A stretch of DNA of 64,000 nt, taken from Selaginella moellendorffii. Its lineage: Eukaryota; Plantae; Lycopodiophyta. The DNA is taken from positions 1,550,894-1,614,893 of the forward strand of contig NW_003314280.1 in the NCBI RefSeq assembly GCF_000143415.4, read 5' to 3'. Positions 1-11,501 of the stretch are shown in pieces. The notes beneath the pieces were generated by a model. The model had not been told where the DNA came from. It saw only the letters and a list, made by a program, of their open reading frames with translations, and did not search any database. Within the stretch, counting starts at the first letter, position 1; every line of letters begins with the position of its first letter. The position numbers were made by a program, and so were the translations under genes.

Positions 1-380
1 GGGATGATCAGTCTGATTGTAAGGATCGAGCATCATGCACTTCATCCAACATTGTGGTACCGAGATAACCTGAAAAAGATTATTTTTTTCAGCTCCGCTG
101 ACTCAAACCAAAGCGGAAAAAGAGAAAGACAAACCTTTCGGAGGTCCAACCACACAGGATCCAGCGGGTTGAAATCGAGGGGCGAGAAGGGACAATCCAG
201 CAGCGACCAGGACCTGAGCCTTGTGGAGGCAAAGCCGGGAATTATCACCCCCGAAAACTTTTGATCTCCGGAACGCCACAGCTTTGGATCAACACCTGCT
301 GCTGATGCCGATTCCAACCCTAGACCAAGCAGCAGGATGATGCACCACCAAACTTGAGAAAGCGACTTGCTCTTGTTCAT
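1..380 (-). CDS. PSAT1: Phospholipid:sterol acyltransferase (LCAT/PSAT family), 5' part; gene runs off the window start
   Basis: Signal peptide then SGVIIPGFASTRLRSWSLLDCPFSPLDFNPLDPVWLD. GT-AG intron 134..70. Next exon reads VISVPQCWMKCMMLDPYNQTDHP, matching the plant PSAT N-terminus. Confidence 0.85.
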
Positions 381-1204
381 CTCCGAGCTGCTGTAGCTTC
401 ACCATAGATCGCAGTGCGTTAGCAGTGCGAAGTTGAAGAAATGGAAAGCCGCCCCAGCGCGTACGTTAAATAGACTCACGAGATGGTCAAAGCTTCTCGA
501 CGGCCAGTGCTGCTGCTGCTGCTCCTTCTGCCAAGCTGCTGCTGAAACTTCTATCATGACATACACTAAAGGATAAGCAAGACAGGGTCAAATCCGAGGA
601 AGCTTACCGCGTTGCGTTATTCTTTCTCTGCACTCTACCACAAGCTCACTGGTTAGATAAAATAATAGCAATAGCACCATTTATGCTGTTGTCTCAGCTC
701 CTAGACCATGATCCTCAAAGGTTTGAAACCCAACTTCCTTTCCCGATCCTGCTGATGCAGAGCTCTGTTCGAGATCGCAGCTGTCAGTGCTCAAATGGAA
801 GCATTCCTGAAAGCCCCTGAAATATATTAAAAAATCCAGTGAGCTGAAATCGAGGGGCGAGAAGGGACAATACCAGGATCTCGTGCAGCCATTCATCAAT
901 CCCTGAATGCCAGAGATCTGTTCATTCTAGGACCTTGCAAAAAGGAGAGTAGTAAAAACGTTTTGAGGGACAACGCAGAAGAAGCTATAGTCGAATCTTC
1001 CCGACGGCTGAACCTTCCCACGACCAAAACACGGAAAGATTGGCAAAAACAGTCAAAATGAATCAAGCAGAAGCTCACTGTTTGCCAAGTCATTCTTCCC
1101 GTGTTTAATTTTGGCGGAACTTGTTGAAGTGACACCTGACAGAAATCCTCATTAGAAGAAACTGCAAACTTTCCTCACATAATGCTCACTGTTTTGCATC
1201 CCCG

Positions 1205-2872
1205 CTACTTATTTAATGGGGGTGAGCTGTGTTGCTGCCTCAGCTCCTGGATCATGATCTTGGCGTCGTCGGTGTTGCTTTCCTTGCTGAGTGCCTCGAA
1301 GACAACGTTGAAGGTGACGAGGTTTGGCTTGAATCCCTTCTCCAGCATCTCTCGCAGCAGCTGAAATCCCAGCTTCCCTTTCCCAAGCTTGCAAATCGTG
1401 CTGATAAGAGCTACGTACGAGATCGCATCCACCAGTCCCTCCTTTCTCATCTCAACGAGATACGCATGGGCATCTTGCATCCGTCCAGCTTTCAGGCACG
1501 CGTCGGTGATGCTAGTGTAAGTCCGGCCGTTGGGAAAGATACCCCTTGCCTTCATCTCCGCGAAGAGCTTGTTGGCTTCCTCAACTTTCCCGGCCTTGCA
1601 AAACCCGTCGACGACGGAGTTGTAAGTCACAACGTCCGGAATGCAGCCCCTGGTTGGCATCTCCACGAACAAATCCATCGCCTTGTCCATCATCCCGGCC
1701 TTGGCGAAGCGATTGATGAGCATGTTGTACGTGACGAGGTCGAAAGCGCAGCCGTTCTCGTGCATGAGATCCAGCACCTTCTGCGCCTGCTCGTCCATCT
1801 TCACCCGGAGCAGCGCGTCGATCACCACGGTGTAAGTCACGGACGTCGGGGTGTGGCCCTTGTCAACCATCTCCTCAAACAGCCGGAAGGCTCTCTCCAC
1901 CCGGAACCTCCCGTTGCCTTTGCGGCATAGCCCATGGATGAGCGTGTTGTACGTGACGATATCCGTCGGACAGTCCCTGGCCTGCATCATCTCCACCAGG
2001 CCCTGCGCGTCCTCGAGCCTCCCGACTTTGCACAGCGCGTTGATGAGGATGTTGTACGTGTAGATGTCGGGAGCGCACGAAGTCGTCGCCATGGAGTGGA
2101 GCAAGTCGAGCGCCTCCTTCTCCTTCCCATGCTTGCACAGATGCGTGAGAATGATGTTGTAGAGCTTCGCGTTGGCTGGAACTTCCGCATTCTTCATGTG
2201 TTCCAGGAGTGCCAGAGCCTGCCTCGTCTCGCCATCCTCGCAGTAGCCGCGGACGATGGTCGAGTACGTGAAAGCATTCGCCTGGAACGAGCTCGGCTTG
2301 CTCTCGGCGATGAGCATCTGGTGCGCGCGCTTGTACTGCCGCTTGTTCACCAAGAACTCGAGAAGCCGGTTAAAGGCAAATGCCGTGTGCGTGTAGCCAT
2401 GGCGGCCGTGGCACCACTCGAAGAACTGGATCGTCGCCTCCACGTCCCTGGCGTGGTTGAGCACGTCCACCACAATGTCCGTGCTGAGCTTGCCGCAGTA
2501 CTCGCGGAGCTTGTGCTCGCGCACCTCCTCCATCTCTGTCTCGAGGATCTCCAGGAGCTCCTGTGCCTCGGCCGAGATCGCTAGTCGCCTAAACCTCGCC
2601 ACTGCCGGAGACGCAATCGGCTTGTCCGCGATCCCTGGCTTGAAGGAGAGCTCCTCCAGCTTGATCTTTCCTGTTCCTCGATCGCCGCTGCTGCGCCCTG
2701 GCACTGGATTATGATCGATTCCCGCCATGGGATTCTCGCTGCTTGATTGAGCCGCATTCCCATCGTCGATTCGCTGCCGCAAGGCCGCGCTGGAATCGAT
2801 CGTCCGGGAAAAGGAACAACTCACCGATTGGCACAGCGCGATGCCGGCTCGTCGCCTCACAGCAGCTTCCAT
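1205..2872 (-). CDS. P-class pentatricopeptide repeat protein, intronless, with probable organellar transit peptide
   Basis: 555-aa ORF with ~10 tandem 35-aa repeats (PDIYTYNILINALCKVGR, PDVVTYNSVVDGFCKAGK). Confidence 0.95.
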   Translation of the reverse strand: MEAAVRRRAGIALCQSVSCSFSRTIDSSAALRQRIDDGNAAQSSSENPMAGIDHNPVPGRSSGDRGTGKIKLEELSFKPGIADKPIASPAVARFRRLAISAEAQELLEILETEMEEVREHKLREYCGKLSTDIVVDVLNHARDVEATIQFFEWCHGRHGYTHTAFAFNRLLEFLVNKRQYKRAHQMLIAESKPSSFQANAFTYSTIVRGYCEDGETRQALALLEHMKNAEVPANAKLYNIILTHLCKHGKEKEALDLLHSMATTSCAPDIYTYNILINALCKVGRLEDAQGLVEMMQARDCPTDIVTYNTLIHGLCRKGNGRFRVERAFRLFEEMVDKGHTPTSVTYTVVIDALLRVKMDEQAQKVLDLMHENGCAFDLVTYNMLINRFAKAGMMDKAMDLFVEMPTRGCIPDVVTYNSVVDGFCKAGKVEEANKLFAEMKARGIFPNGRTYTSITDACLKAGRMQDAHAYLVEMRKEGLVDAISYVALISTICKLGKGKLGFQLLREMLEKGFKPNLVTFNVVFEALSKESNTDDAKIMIQELRQQHSSPPLNK

Positions 2873-2919
2873 GGATCACTCGTACAGATAAACCCTAAAT
2901 TTCGATTGAGCCTACGTAG

Positions 2920-4290
2920 TTACAAACACAATCGAGGGAATTTCCTCTTCTTGGCGGTGGCGGAGGGAGGCGGCGGTGGCGATGGCGGCGGTGGCGGCGT
3001 TTGTGGTGGTGGCGGCGTCGGCGGTGGCGGGGAATGAAACACCTCGAGCGCCGACGAGCAGCTCGACTGCGGCGCATTTGCCCCGAGTGCCGCGATCATC
3101 CCAGACGGCAGCGCCGCTGCTGGCAAGGCCGGGAAGGGGGGATCAAAACGATCGTAGAATCGCAGAGGCGGCTGGTTCTTGATGCGCTCCATCTCGAATT
3201 GATACACCAAGTTCCCGCGCCTTCCCGGGCCGTAGAGCATCCGCTTGACGAGATAGAGGCCGTCGTAGCTGTAGAGCGTCTTGAATCGCCCAAACTCGGC
3301 GCCCAGGTAGCCCCGGATCAAGCGCACCGCCAGCTTGTTCTTCATCGAGTTCTCCAGCGCCACATTCCCGCCCTCGAGCTTCTGGTCCTCGGTGTTTCCT
3401 TTCTTGAATCCTCCCTGGCCCGAGTAGATCACCCTCTCGCCCGCGTCGCAATTGTCGCCATAGACGCTGCTACGCTTGAGCACAACCGCGATGGCCACGG
3501 GGACACCCGGCTCCCAGTCCATGGTGTCGATCCCCGCCACGGGCAAGCTATGGATGCCCATGATCTGCATCTCCGCGCGGCACGAGAACGTATCGCCCAC
3601 CTCCACGCCCGGGATGCTGCCGATCTGGCGCTTCCTGTGGTGAAGGAAGTCTTCCCTCTTCTGGAACTGGGCGGCTACCGCGAGATCGGTCCGGCTCTTC
3701 TTTCGACGCCGGACGCCATGGGCGTCGCTGGGATCGCGGCCATCGCCACCATCGCCACTGCCCAGCAGCAATGTAGGCTGTTCCTGGAGTGCGTCGTGCG
3801 CCGCTACTGCTTCGTGGAACCTGTGGAAACGATCGAGTGATGGAGGATGGAAAGAAGTGGTTGCTCGCTCTTACCGCGCCTTCTGCTGCAAGAACTTGAT
3901 TCTCATGGGATCGGGCTCCATGGGCTCGGACTTGACGATCGCCATGGTGATCGATGGCGATGACGCGCAAGAGAGCGCCGTTGCGGTTGCCTCGCCAAGG
4001 TCAGTCGCGGGGGAAAGCTCCGCATCGCCATGGCCGAGAGAAGAAGAAGAAGCCATCTCGCATGGAGGAATTTCTTGCTCCACTGCGCAAGAAGACGAAA
4101 CCTCGGGCTGGACCTCTGCCGCCATCGCAGGGGATGAAATCTCTAGTGGTGAAACCTCTGCTGCTATGGTGGCCGGAGTCAAGGTGAGAGGTGGAATCCA
4201 TACCGGATCATGGATCCCGAGCGAAGCCAAGAGATCAGTGCAGCTCGTTGCCAACCTCCTCAGCTCGGCGTCATCGCGAAGCTCCCACAT
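2920..4290 (-). CDS. SRA/YDG-domain protein without SET or RING domain, Pro-rich C-tail
   Basis: IGSIPGVEVGDTF..RAEM...GIH...AGID, YSGQGG, DQKLEGGNVAL, YSYDGLY. In-frame intron 3874..3821 joins ORFs 3871-4386 and 2920-3771. Start codon uncertain (first ATG at 4290). Confidence 0.85.
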
Positions 4291-4387
4291 TCTCTCGTAC
4301 TGTTCTTGCGTACTGCAATACTGCCAAGTAAAAATGTATTTATTAGCGGAGGGTCTCAAGATTCTCTCTCGTTTTAAAGAAAACAAA

Positions 4388-7300
4388 TTACACTGCGAGA
4401 TTTAACACTTGGACGCCTCTTCCCGCTACAGTAATGCGATACGAGCTCCTGCCAAGAGAGAAACGAGCGAAAGTGGTTAGAACCAGCTAATGATTGATCC
4501 AGTTTTTCGAGCTCACTCGCTTGATCGATGAGCATCGATCGACTCGGTCTCAGGAACGTCGATGATGCAGCTACACGAGTGTGTCAATCGATTGTCTTGG
4601 GCGATTTGCCAGCACCTCACTCGTTGATCAAGGCCAGTGCTGAAAATCCACTCGGAATCGCTCCACACCCCTGTAGCGTCAAGCCAAAAAAGAAAAAAAC
4701 AATGTACCGAGGATTTTCAAAAAGAGAAAAGAGTCCTTGCCTTTCACTGCGGAGCTGTGCGCATTGGCAACGTTTTGACGGCTGAGGACACGGATAGTAC
4801 TCCCAGCGCCTATCAGCACGCAAAACCAGTAGCCAGTGTGTGTGAGAAGTAAAACACAAAAGGATAAGAGTACCTTCTTGCATGGACAGCACGGAGGAGT
4901 GAAGAGACTGATCATCTCCACCACTCACGATCGACAATGTGGAAGACGAGGTGGCGCACACGTATAGAGAATTGACGCCGGATTGGTGACAGCAACTTAG
5001 CACGAGTACGGGACTTAGTACTGCTGCGTCTTGGGAGAGATCAGGCGAGGACTGCGGATCTTTGAGGATTTGCTGCTGCGAGGGATGGCGCTGATGATTC
5101 AAGCGTCGGCGGGCTTTACCACCCTGGCTTCCTCTCCCGGAGAGAGGCCGCAAGCCTTGGGCTTTTTCTCTCTCACCAACGGTGAAGCTAGCGACTGAAT
5201 TTGTAAGATCCCAGACGGCAATACTTCCGTCTGTGCAGCCACTGAATACGAAAAATCTGTTCGCCAGTGTTCCTGACCATGAGCATTGATAAGAACAGCT
5301 AATGGCATGTGAAAGAAAGACGAATTACCTTGCGAGAAGCAAGGGAGGACTGCGTGATGCAGGGTCAAAACTGGACATTTGTGATGCTGGAGAACTGCGA
5401 TACGAGACCTGGAACTTGTCTGAAGTGAAAAACATGCAGGGAAGTCATATAGAAGGAAACGTACCACGTTTTGCTGGATGAGTCGAACGCCTTGACAGTA
5501 AGGATGGCATTCGACATGGCAGCCACCACAAAATAAACTGGAACGCCATCCGACTCAACAGCAAAAACTGTCAGTGCCATATACCGCAAGTCATCCTTGT
5601 TTACGCCGCTTTTCTTGCTGAAAGTCGAGTGAGTACTGAGCCATCGTGCCGATATTTGTTCTGGCTTGTCGAAGAGTTCCCAACACGTCAAAACTTCCTT
5701 TGCACCAGCAGAGAACAGAACTGCATGCTGCATGTCGTCGATCCCGCTCGCTTCAGTCTTGCTATTGTACACACGGGTCGACAAAGCTAGTGCACGAACC
5801 GCAGAGCCACCAACGTGTTCTTCCAATGATGCGAACACTGTTAAGTCCTCCTGAGCATACCTGTACGGCATGGAGCTTGGTTAACAAGTATATGGATGAT
5901 GTCTATAGCATTTACCTTGAAATCTGAACTCTTCCATCTTCGGAACCAGAGAAGAGCCAGTCCGTGTCAGGAAAAAATAAAATCGAGTGGACCTCTCTCC
6001 CATGCGATTGTTTTTGCAGCGCTTGCAGGGGATGCCCTTTACTCGAATCATCACTATCGTCCCAATTGCGGCAAATACATATGGTTTGTTCCTGAAAAGT
6101 TATGTGAGTTCCGAAGTAGTGAAGTATATAAGCTTGACCTTCACAAAAGCAAAACAAAATTGAGTCTCCGGAAGTTCTCCAACAAAAGATGAATGTGGTC
6201 GCTTCCATCCACCGCAAGATATTCTTTTCAACTGCCAGTTATCTATTAGATGATAAGATAGAAAGACGTTATTTTACCTCGACCTCGTTGGTGATATCCC
6301 ATAACACAAAGTCTGCCGCTGAAAATCCTAGACCAATCCTTCGTTTTGATCCAGATAGGCATAGAACTGATTCCAAGACCGTTATTGCAGCAATCTTCTC
6401 GACTCGGTGGCAGGAAAGTACCGACGATAGCTGACCACGTTGGTAGAATACTTCGCAAACACATCCATCTCTTCCTGTCTGTACACACAGCGCAAAGTTT
6501 CACTGCCTATTCTAAATATGTATATAGCCTTACTGATATTGTCTTGGTTCCTTCGTTTGAGAACTCGGATATTGACACATTAGCAACGGCAGATATGCCG
6601 TGCGCACCTCTGAATGAATCGAGCTCCTCAACAACAGCGGGATCTTCCATCTCGAATAAGACTGAATCAAAATGAAAGAATAGTAAGCTTCCTTTTTGAT
6701 CGCCACATACGAGCACCTGTTTTAAGTGTCAGTAAATAATAGAAGCCTCAAATTGCAGAACTTGCCTGCTTTTCTAAGGACGCGTCCATGCATACAATTC
6801 GACTTGACAAGGAGGACTTGAAGTATGCCAAATGCCGCGGTCCCTCGCTAGTTTCGCCATTCATAGCCCAGCAACGAACTCCTCCTTTCGGATCTGTTGT
6901 AAAAACGAATCTAGATGCATAGCATGATCAATGTCACACATTAGGATATGCTTACCGTGAACCAAGAGATTTACACCAGAAAGCTCCCAAGAGCTGTCTT
7001 TCTGCTTCAGCTATCCATGTTGATTGCCAGGCTATCTGCCCCTCGGAAGTGATCCTTAAGACCGTCGCCCGACCCTGGCCGCCACCACAGGCAACTAAAA
7101 CCTCTTTACTGGGACATCCTTCAGGAGTTACGAGCTGTTCTTTGAAAATATCCAAGCAAACAAGAGGACTTCTTTCAGGTGTCTGTAGTATCGAGACCTG
7201 TTTCACGTCCCCAGATGGCAAGAGACTGGCGCGTTGTAGCAATCCCTGATTTGTTGCTATGAACAGGGACGACGGTCCTTCAAAACATAAACACCGGACA

Positions 7301-8777
7301 TATTCGCTCCTACTGCGGAAAAGTGTGAGGTCACGTACAGGAGAAAAAAAAGGTAACTTTACCTGTCTAAAAAACCATCATTCTTGCCAGTGTCTATCCG
7401 GTACATTACCATCTCTTTAGCAGTCGTAGGAATTAGAGCTCTTTCCGACAGAGAATACAGCTTAATGGAAGAATCAGCTCCTGCAGTTACTAGCATAGAC
7501 AGCTGACGATCAAATATGCAACGCCATATCCCACGACCTCTGCATTGTTCACGATCAAAAGCTGATCACAGACAAACGAGAGCATACTTACGTGTGCCCC
7601 TTCAGCGTCCTCAAAAGCTCCCCACTCAAAGACCAGACTCCGCATGTACAGTCCTCACTTGCTGTTATGAACATCTATATAAACCCAAGGAAACAACATA
7701 AGATAAAAGAAAGAGCTTTTGTACAGATCGCAAGCACTGCAAACCTTTGCATCTATATGGAGATCCCAAACACGAGCAGTATGGCCGAATAAAACAATGA
7801 CAGCTTTTGTCTGAAGATTCCATATTCGAGCACTGCTTAGAGGATCAGCTAAATTCAGCTTGAAATGCAAGAAAGAATATTAAATCAAACCTTCTGTCAT
7901 CTGATACCGAACCGAGGAAGCATCCATCTGTCGACCAAGTGATACGATAAATAGAACCCTCGTGTCCGCACAGTCTATGGACGATCTTGGCTTCACAGGT
8001 GCTCCCCTTGCCTCCTAACGCCCAAACAAGAACCTGACGGCAATTCAGGATTATATAAAACCGATCCAAGTACGTAAGATATCCATACCTCATTGTAGAT
8101 TGTCCCAGCAGCGACTTGCAAACTCTGAATGGAATCACCACAAAGCCTCATAGAATACAATAAGCACCTTTCTATTTAGCAATGCAATCAAAGTTCACAA
8201 AGCTTGAGAGAATATACAAACTTACCAGGACAGTGGAAGTTGGAGACTATCTTCTTGGCGGAAGTGTCCCAAAGACACACGGTATTGTCACTTAAACCGA
8301 TTGCTAGAACCACATTATGGCCATCATCCTGAAAGAAAAAAAGAAAAAAATACAAAAAATGAGAAAAATGCTTCTACTGCCTTGCTTACCTTTGTGAAGA
8401 TTTGGACATCGAGAATCCACTTGGAAAACCTCGGAACGAATTGCCAGGGCTCCAGACCCTCGGAGCTCAATCGAAAGAGCTTCGCCTTTCCTTCTCCGTG
8501 AACAGCAACGATCGCCGGAGGCAATGCGCTCGACTCCACCGCGGCAGCAACGATTCCATGGACGCGGATTCCATCAAAGACGTGCACAGACGGGAAATAT
8601 CGCGCTCCCATCTCGAGATTGTAGCAATCCAGCTGCGCTCCGGTGCCTGGCAGGCAATGCTGAGACCGCAAAGAATCCACAATGCGAGCGCTTACCCGCA
8701 AGAACAGCCCTGGACGGAAGCGCCGCGAAGCACAGCGCTGTGACATCGCCGATGTATGGGCCCTTCTCGAGCGCCAT
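4388..8777 (-). CDS. WDR6: WD40-repeat protein WDR6/Trm734-like (tRNA 2'-O-methylation cofactor), multi-exon
   Basis: N-terminus MALEKGPYIGDVTALCF; GHEGSIYRITWS...SVSDDR; GHTARVWD; HGREVHS..F...SGSEDG; SGGDDQ; last exons WIFSTGLDQRVRCW and YRITVAGRGVQVLNLAV* (TAA 4390-4388). Confidence 0.88.
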
Positions 8778-8846
8778 TGGCAATAAAACCTCCCACCAGA
8801 CAATATTTCTAGGGTTCTAGAAAGTGAAGTTTTAGGGCATTTGACG
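8778..8846. promoter_or_regulatory. Candidate bidirectional promoter region between WDR6 and PAG1
   Basis: Only 69 bp separate the two divergent ATGs; telo-box-like TAGGGTT at ~8810. Confidence 0.5.
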
Positions 8847-10185
8847 ATGAGCAGCATTGGCACTGGGGTAAGCGTCTTGGATTTGGATCCAGTCCTCTCT
8901 CTTATTTCGTCTCTCCAGTATGATCTATCGGTGACGACCTTCTCGCCGGATGGCCGAGTGTTCCAGACCGAGTATGCGAGCAAGGCGGTCGACAATAGCG
9001 GGTAAGTTTGTTGCTGCTCTAGTCATTTTCTTAGTGGATTTGTGATCTAGGACCGCTATCGGAGTTACTTGCAAGGACGGGGTAGTATTGGTATGTGCTC
9101 CTTGGGAAAAAATGCATTAGTACAGCGATTTTATTTTATTTTTCTTGCAGGGAATAGAGAAGCTAACTCCATCTAAGATGCTCGTCGAGGGATCGAACAA
9201 GAGAATACATCATGTTCACGAGCACGCTGGAATGGTGCGATCATTTTTCTACTTCTTTTGGTTTACTTACGTTTCCTTTCGTTAGGCGGTGGCCGGGCTT
9301 GCAGCCGATGGACGCCAGGTCGTTGCTCGTGCTAGAGCGGAGGCAAAGAACTACCTGAGGTGATTGAATTGCTATCTTAGATGGATTATACTCTAGCATT
9401 TGCGAAAACTCTTTTCTTTCAGTTTCTATGGCGAAGAGATTCCCACGAGTCATCTCTGCGAGCGAGTTGCGAGCTACGTACACTTGTGTACACTTTATTG
9501 GTGGCTGAGGTACTTCAAATTCTTCCTTTATCCGTTCTTTGCGGCTTCATCGACATGCTTACTGTGCAGGCCGTTCGGCACTGGAGTAATACTTGGCGGG
9601 TACGACAGAGATGGGCCGCAACTTTACATGATTGAACCTTCCGGTGTTTCGTATGTAAGTGTGCTGGTTTTAGCGAGGATCAAGCACTGATTTTCCCCAT
9701 GCAGCGCTATTTCGGTGCAGCGATTGGCAAGGGGCGGCAAGCTGCGAAAACGTAAGAAAGATTTCTCAAACAAGCACCGTGACTGTCGATCTAACTTTGC
9801 TTGTTGCATCTCACAGTGAGATCGAGAAGCTAAAGCTGTCCGAGATGACTTGCAAAGAGGCTGTTTTCGCCGTTGCCAAGATGTAAGTTTTTTGGTTTCC
9901 TCCCTGTTGGATGGATTCTTTGAACTTCCTTCCACCTGTGAAAACTAAACAGCATCTACGGAGTTCACGACGAAGCCAAGGACAAAGCCTTTGAACTGGA
10001 AATGAGCTGGATTTGCGACGAGTCGAACAAGGAGCACCAAAAGGTCTTGCCATCGCACTCTCGCTACGTACTAGTCCCTCGTATTTTCTAATGCTTGTTT
10101 TGCTTTCCAGGTGCCTGCAAACCTCCTAGAAGAGGCCAAAGCCGCTGCCAAAGCCGCACAAGAGGAAGATATGGATGCCGATTAA
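8847..10185 (+). CDS. PAG1: 20S proteasome subunit alpha-7 (alpha type-3), multi-exon
   Basis: MSSIGTG|[28 protein letters not shown] ... [25 protein letters not shown] ... [10 protein letters not shown] ... EEDMDAD*. Confidence 0.96.
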
Positions 10186-10751
10186 TATATCCCAGACTGA
10201 CCAGTAGTAGCGACTGGAATCTCGATCACAGTGAGTAAAACGTTTGTTGCCATTCAATCCCATCCAATTCAGCCAGGACAACAGACCTTTTTGCATTAAG
10301 AAAATACTCGGTTCTCCCAGTACGGCCTGGAGAAACAATCACATTCTTTCGTACTTTGTGAGTGCTGAGAAAGTGGAAGCGCTCCAGTCGTACGTGTCGC
10401 AAGACGCCTGCTAGCATTCGTGTGTCGACACTCGCAAGGAATATAAACATGGTGTTCCGTACACAGTATGGGGCCCAGGGTATGCGTACGGCATGGCAGC
10501 GATCGCCCGGATTTGTAAGCTTGCGTTGCATGGGTTCCTTTAGTTTTTAGGTAGGAGGGTTTTGTGCGCCCCTGGCTCGAAATATTCTCGTCATTCCATC
10601 GGAGTGATCGATCGAGATCGAGAGAGTGAGTGATCGATCGAGATCGATCGAGCGAGGGAGCGCGATCCTACTGTCGCGATCGATCAGGCGGCAGCGCTTT
10701 CTATTTGATTGCCGCCCATTGCCGCGCGTGAGAAGGCGATCGAGAAGGGGG

Positions 10752-10968
10752 ATGGACAATGTGCCCTTGCTCCAGGGATTCCAGGAGCGGCGCGAATGCT
10801 GTGGCCGATTCGGGAGCTGCAAGGTCGACAGCGGCGGCAATGGCGATCGCGATGTCGATCTGGAGCGGCAGCAGCACACGGTGATTTGCAAGCTTTCCAG
10901 GTTCCAATACTACGATATGCTCACGGAGGAGGCATTCGAGGACTCATCGTCGCCTCATCAAAATCACG
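10752..10968 (+). CDS. Candidate alternative first coding exon (1a) of the downstream MTP gene
   Basis: MDNVPLL...KLSRFQYYDMLTEEAFEDSSSPHQNHG resembles the first exons of both MTP paralogs. It ends in a phase-1 donor G|GTATGC compatible with exon 2 at 11801. Confidence 0.6.
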
Positions 10969-11008
10969 GTATGCCTTCCACTCCCTTTTCTTTCTATTTG
11001 CTTGTGTG

Positions 11009-11129
11009 GATGTTAGTTTCCTTTGATCGATCGATGTTAGTTTCCTTGCTGGATTGTATAGAGTTCCCTTTGATCGATCGATGTTAGTTTCCTTGCTGGA
11101 TTGTATGGAGTTCCCTTTGATCGATCGAT
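11009..11129. repeat. Short tandem duplication, ~47-bp unit x ~2.5
   Basis: GATCGATCGATGTTAGTTTCCTTGCTGGATTGTATRGAGTTCCCTTT repeated. Confidence 0.85.
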
Positions 11130-11501
11130 ACCTCGGCATTGGAAATGCCGAGAAGTCAATTCCTTTGCAGATGTGTGTTTGGGATTCGTGCAGCGATCTC
11201 TATTCTTTCTTTCTTTTTTCTTGTGGTTTCTATTTTTTTGCTTGCATGGTGTTTGATACTGGCAAAGATGGTGGTGGTCCTATACGACAGCTTGGACAGC
11301 TGATTGAGGCCAGGACTGTGTGTGTAGTCGAGGCTTTACCCACCCGTTGACATTAGAGCTTGGAAGATTCATATTACTTTGAGAGGAAGGTTTAAGAAAA
11401 GGAAAAGGAGAGGACTCAGATCCAACGGCGAGAACCCTGATACGTGGGTGACTTAGAGTCGTTTATCGGTATTTGCTACAGTCGTAGCTTGTTTGCGAGA
11501 G

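Noticed and set aside
1229-3840. Long + strand ORFs (233, 216 and 279 aa) opposite the PPR and SRA genes; similar ones at 20715 and 31602
   Set aside because: Antisense shadows of GC-rich coding sequence with no recognisable motifs.
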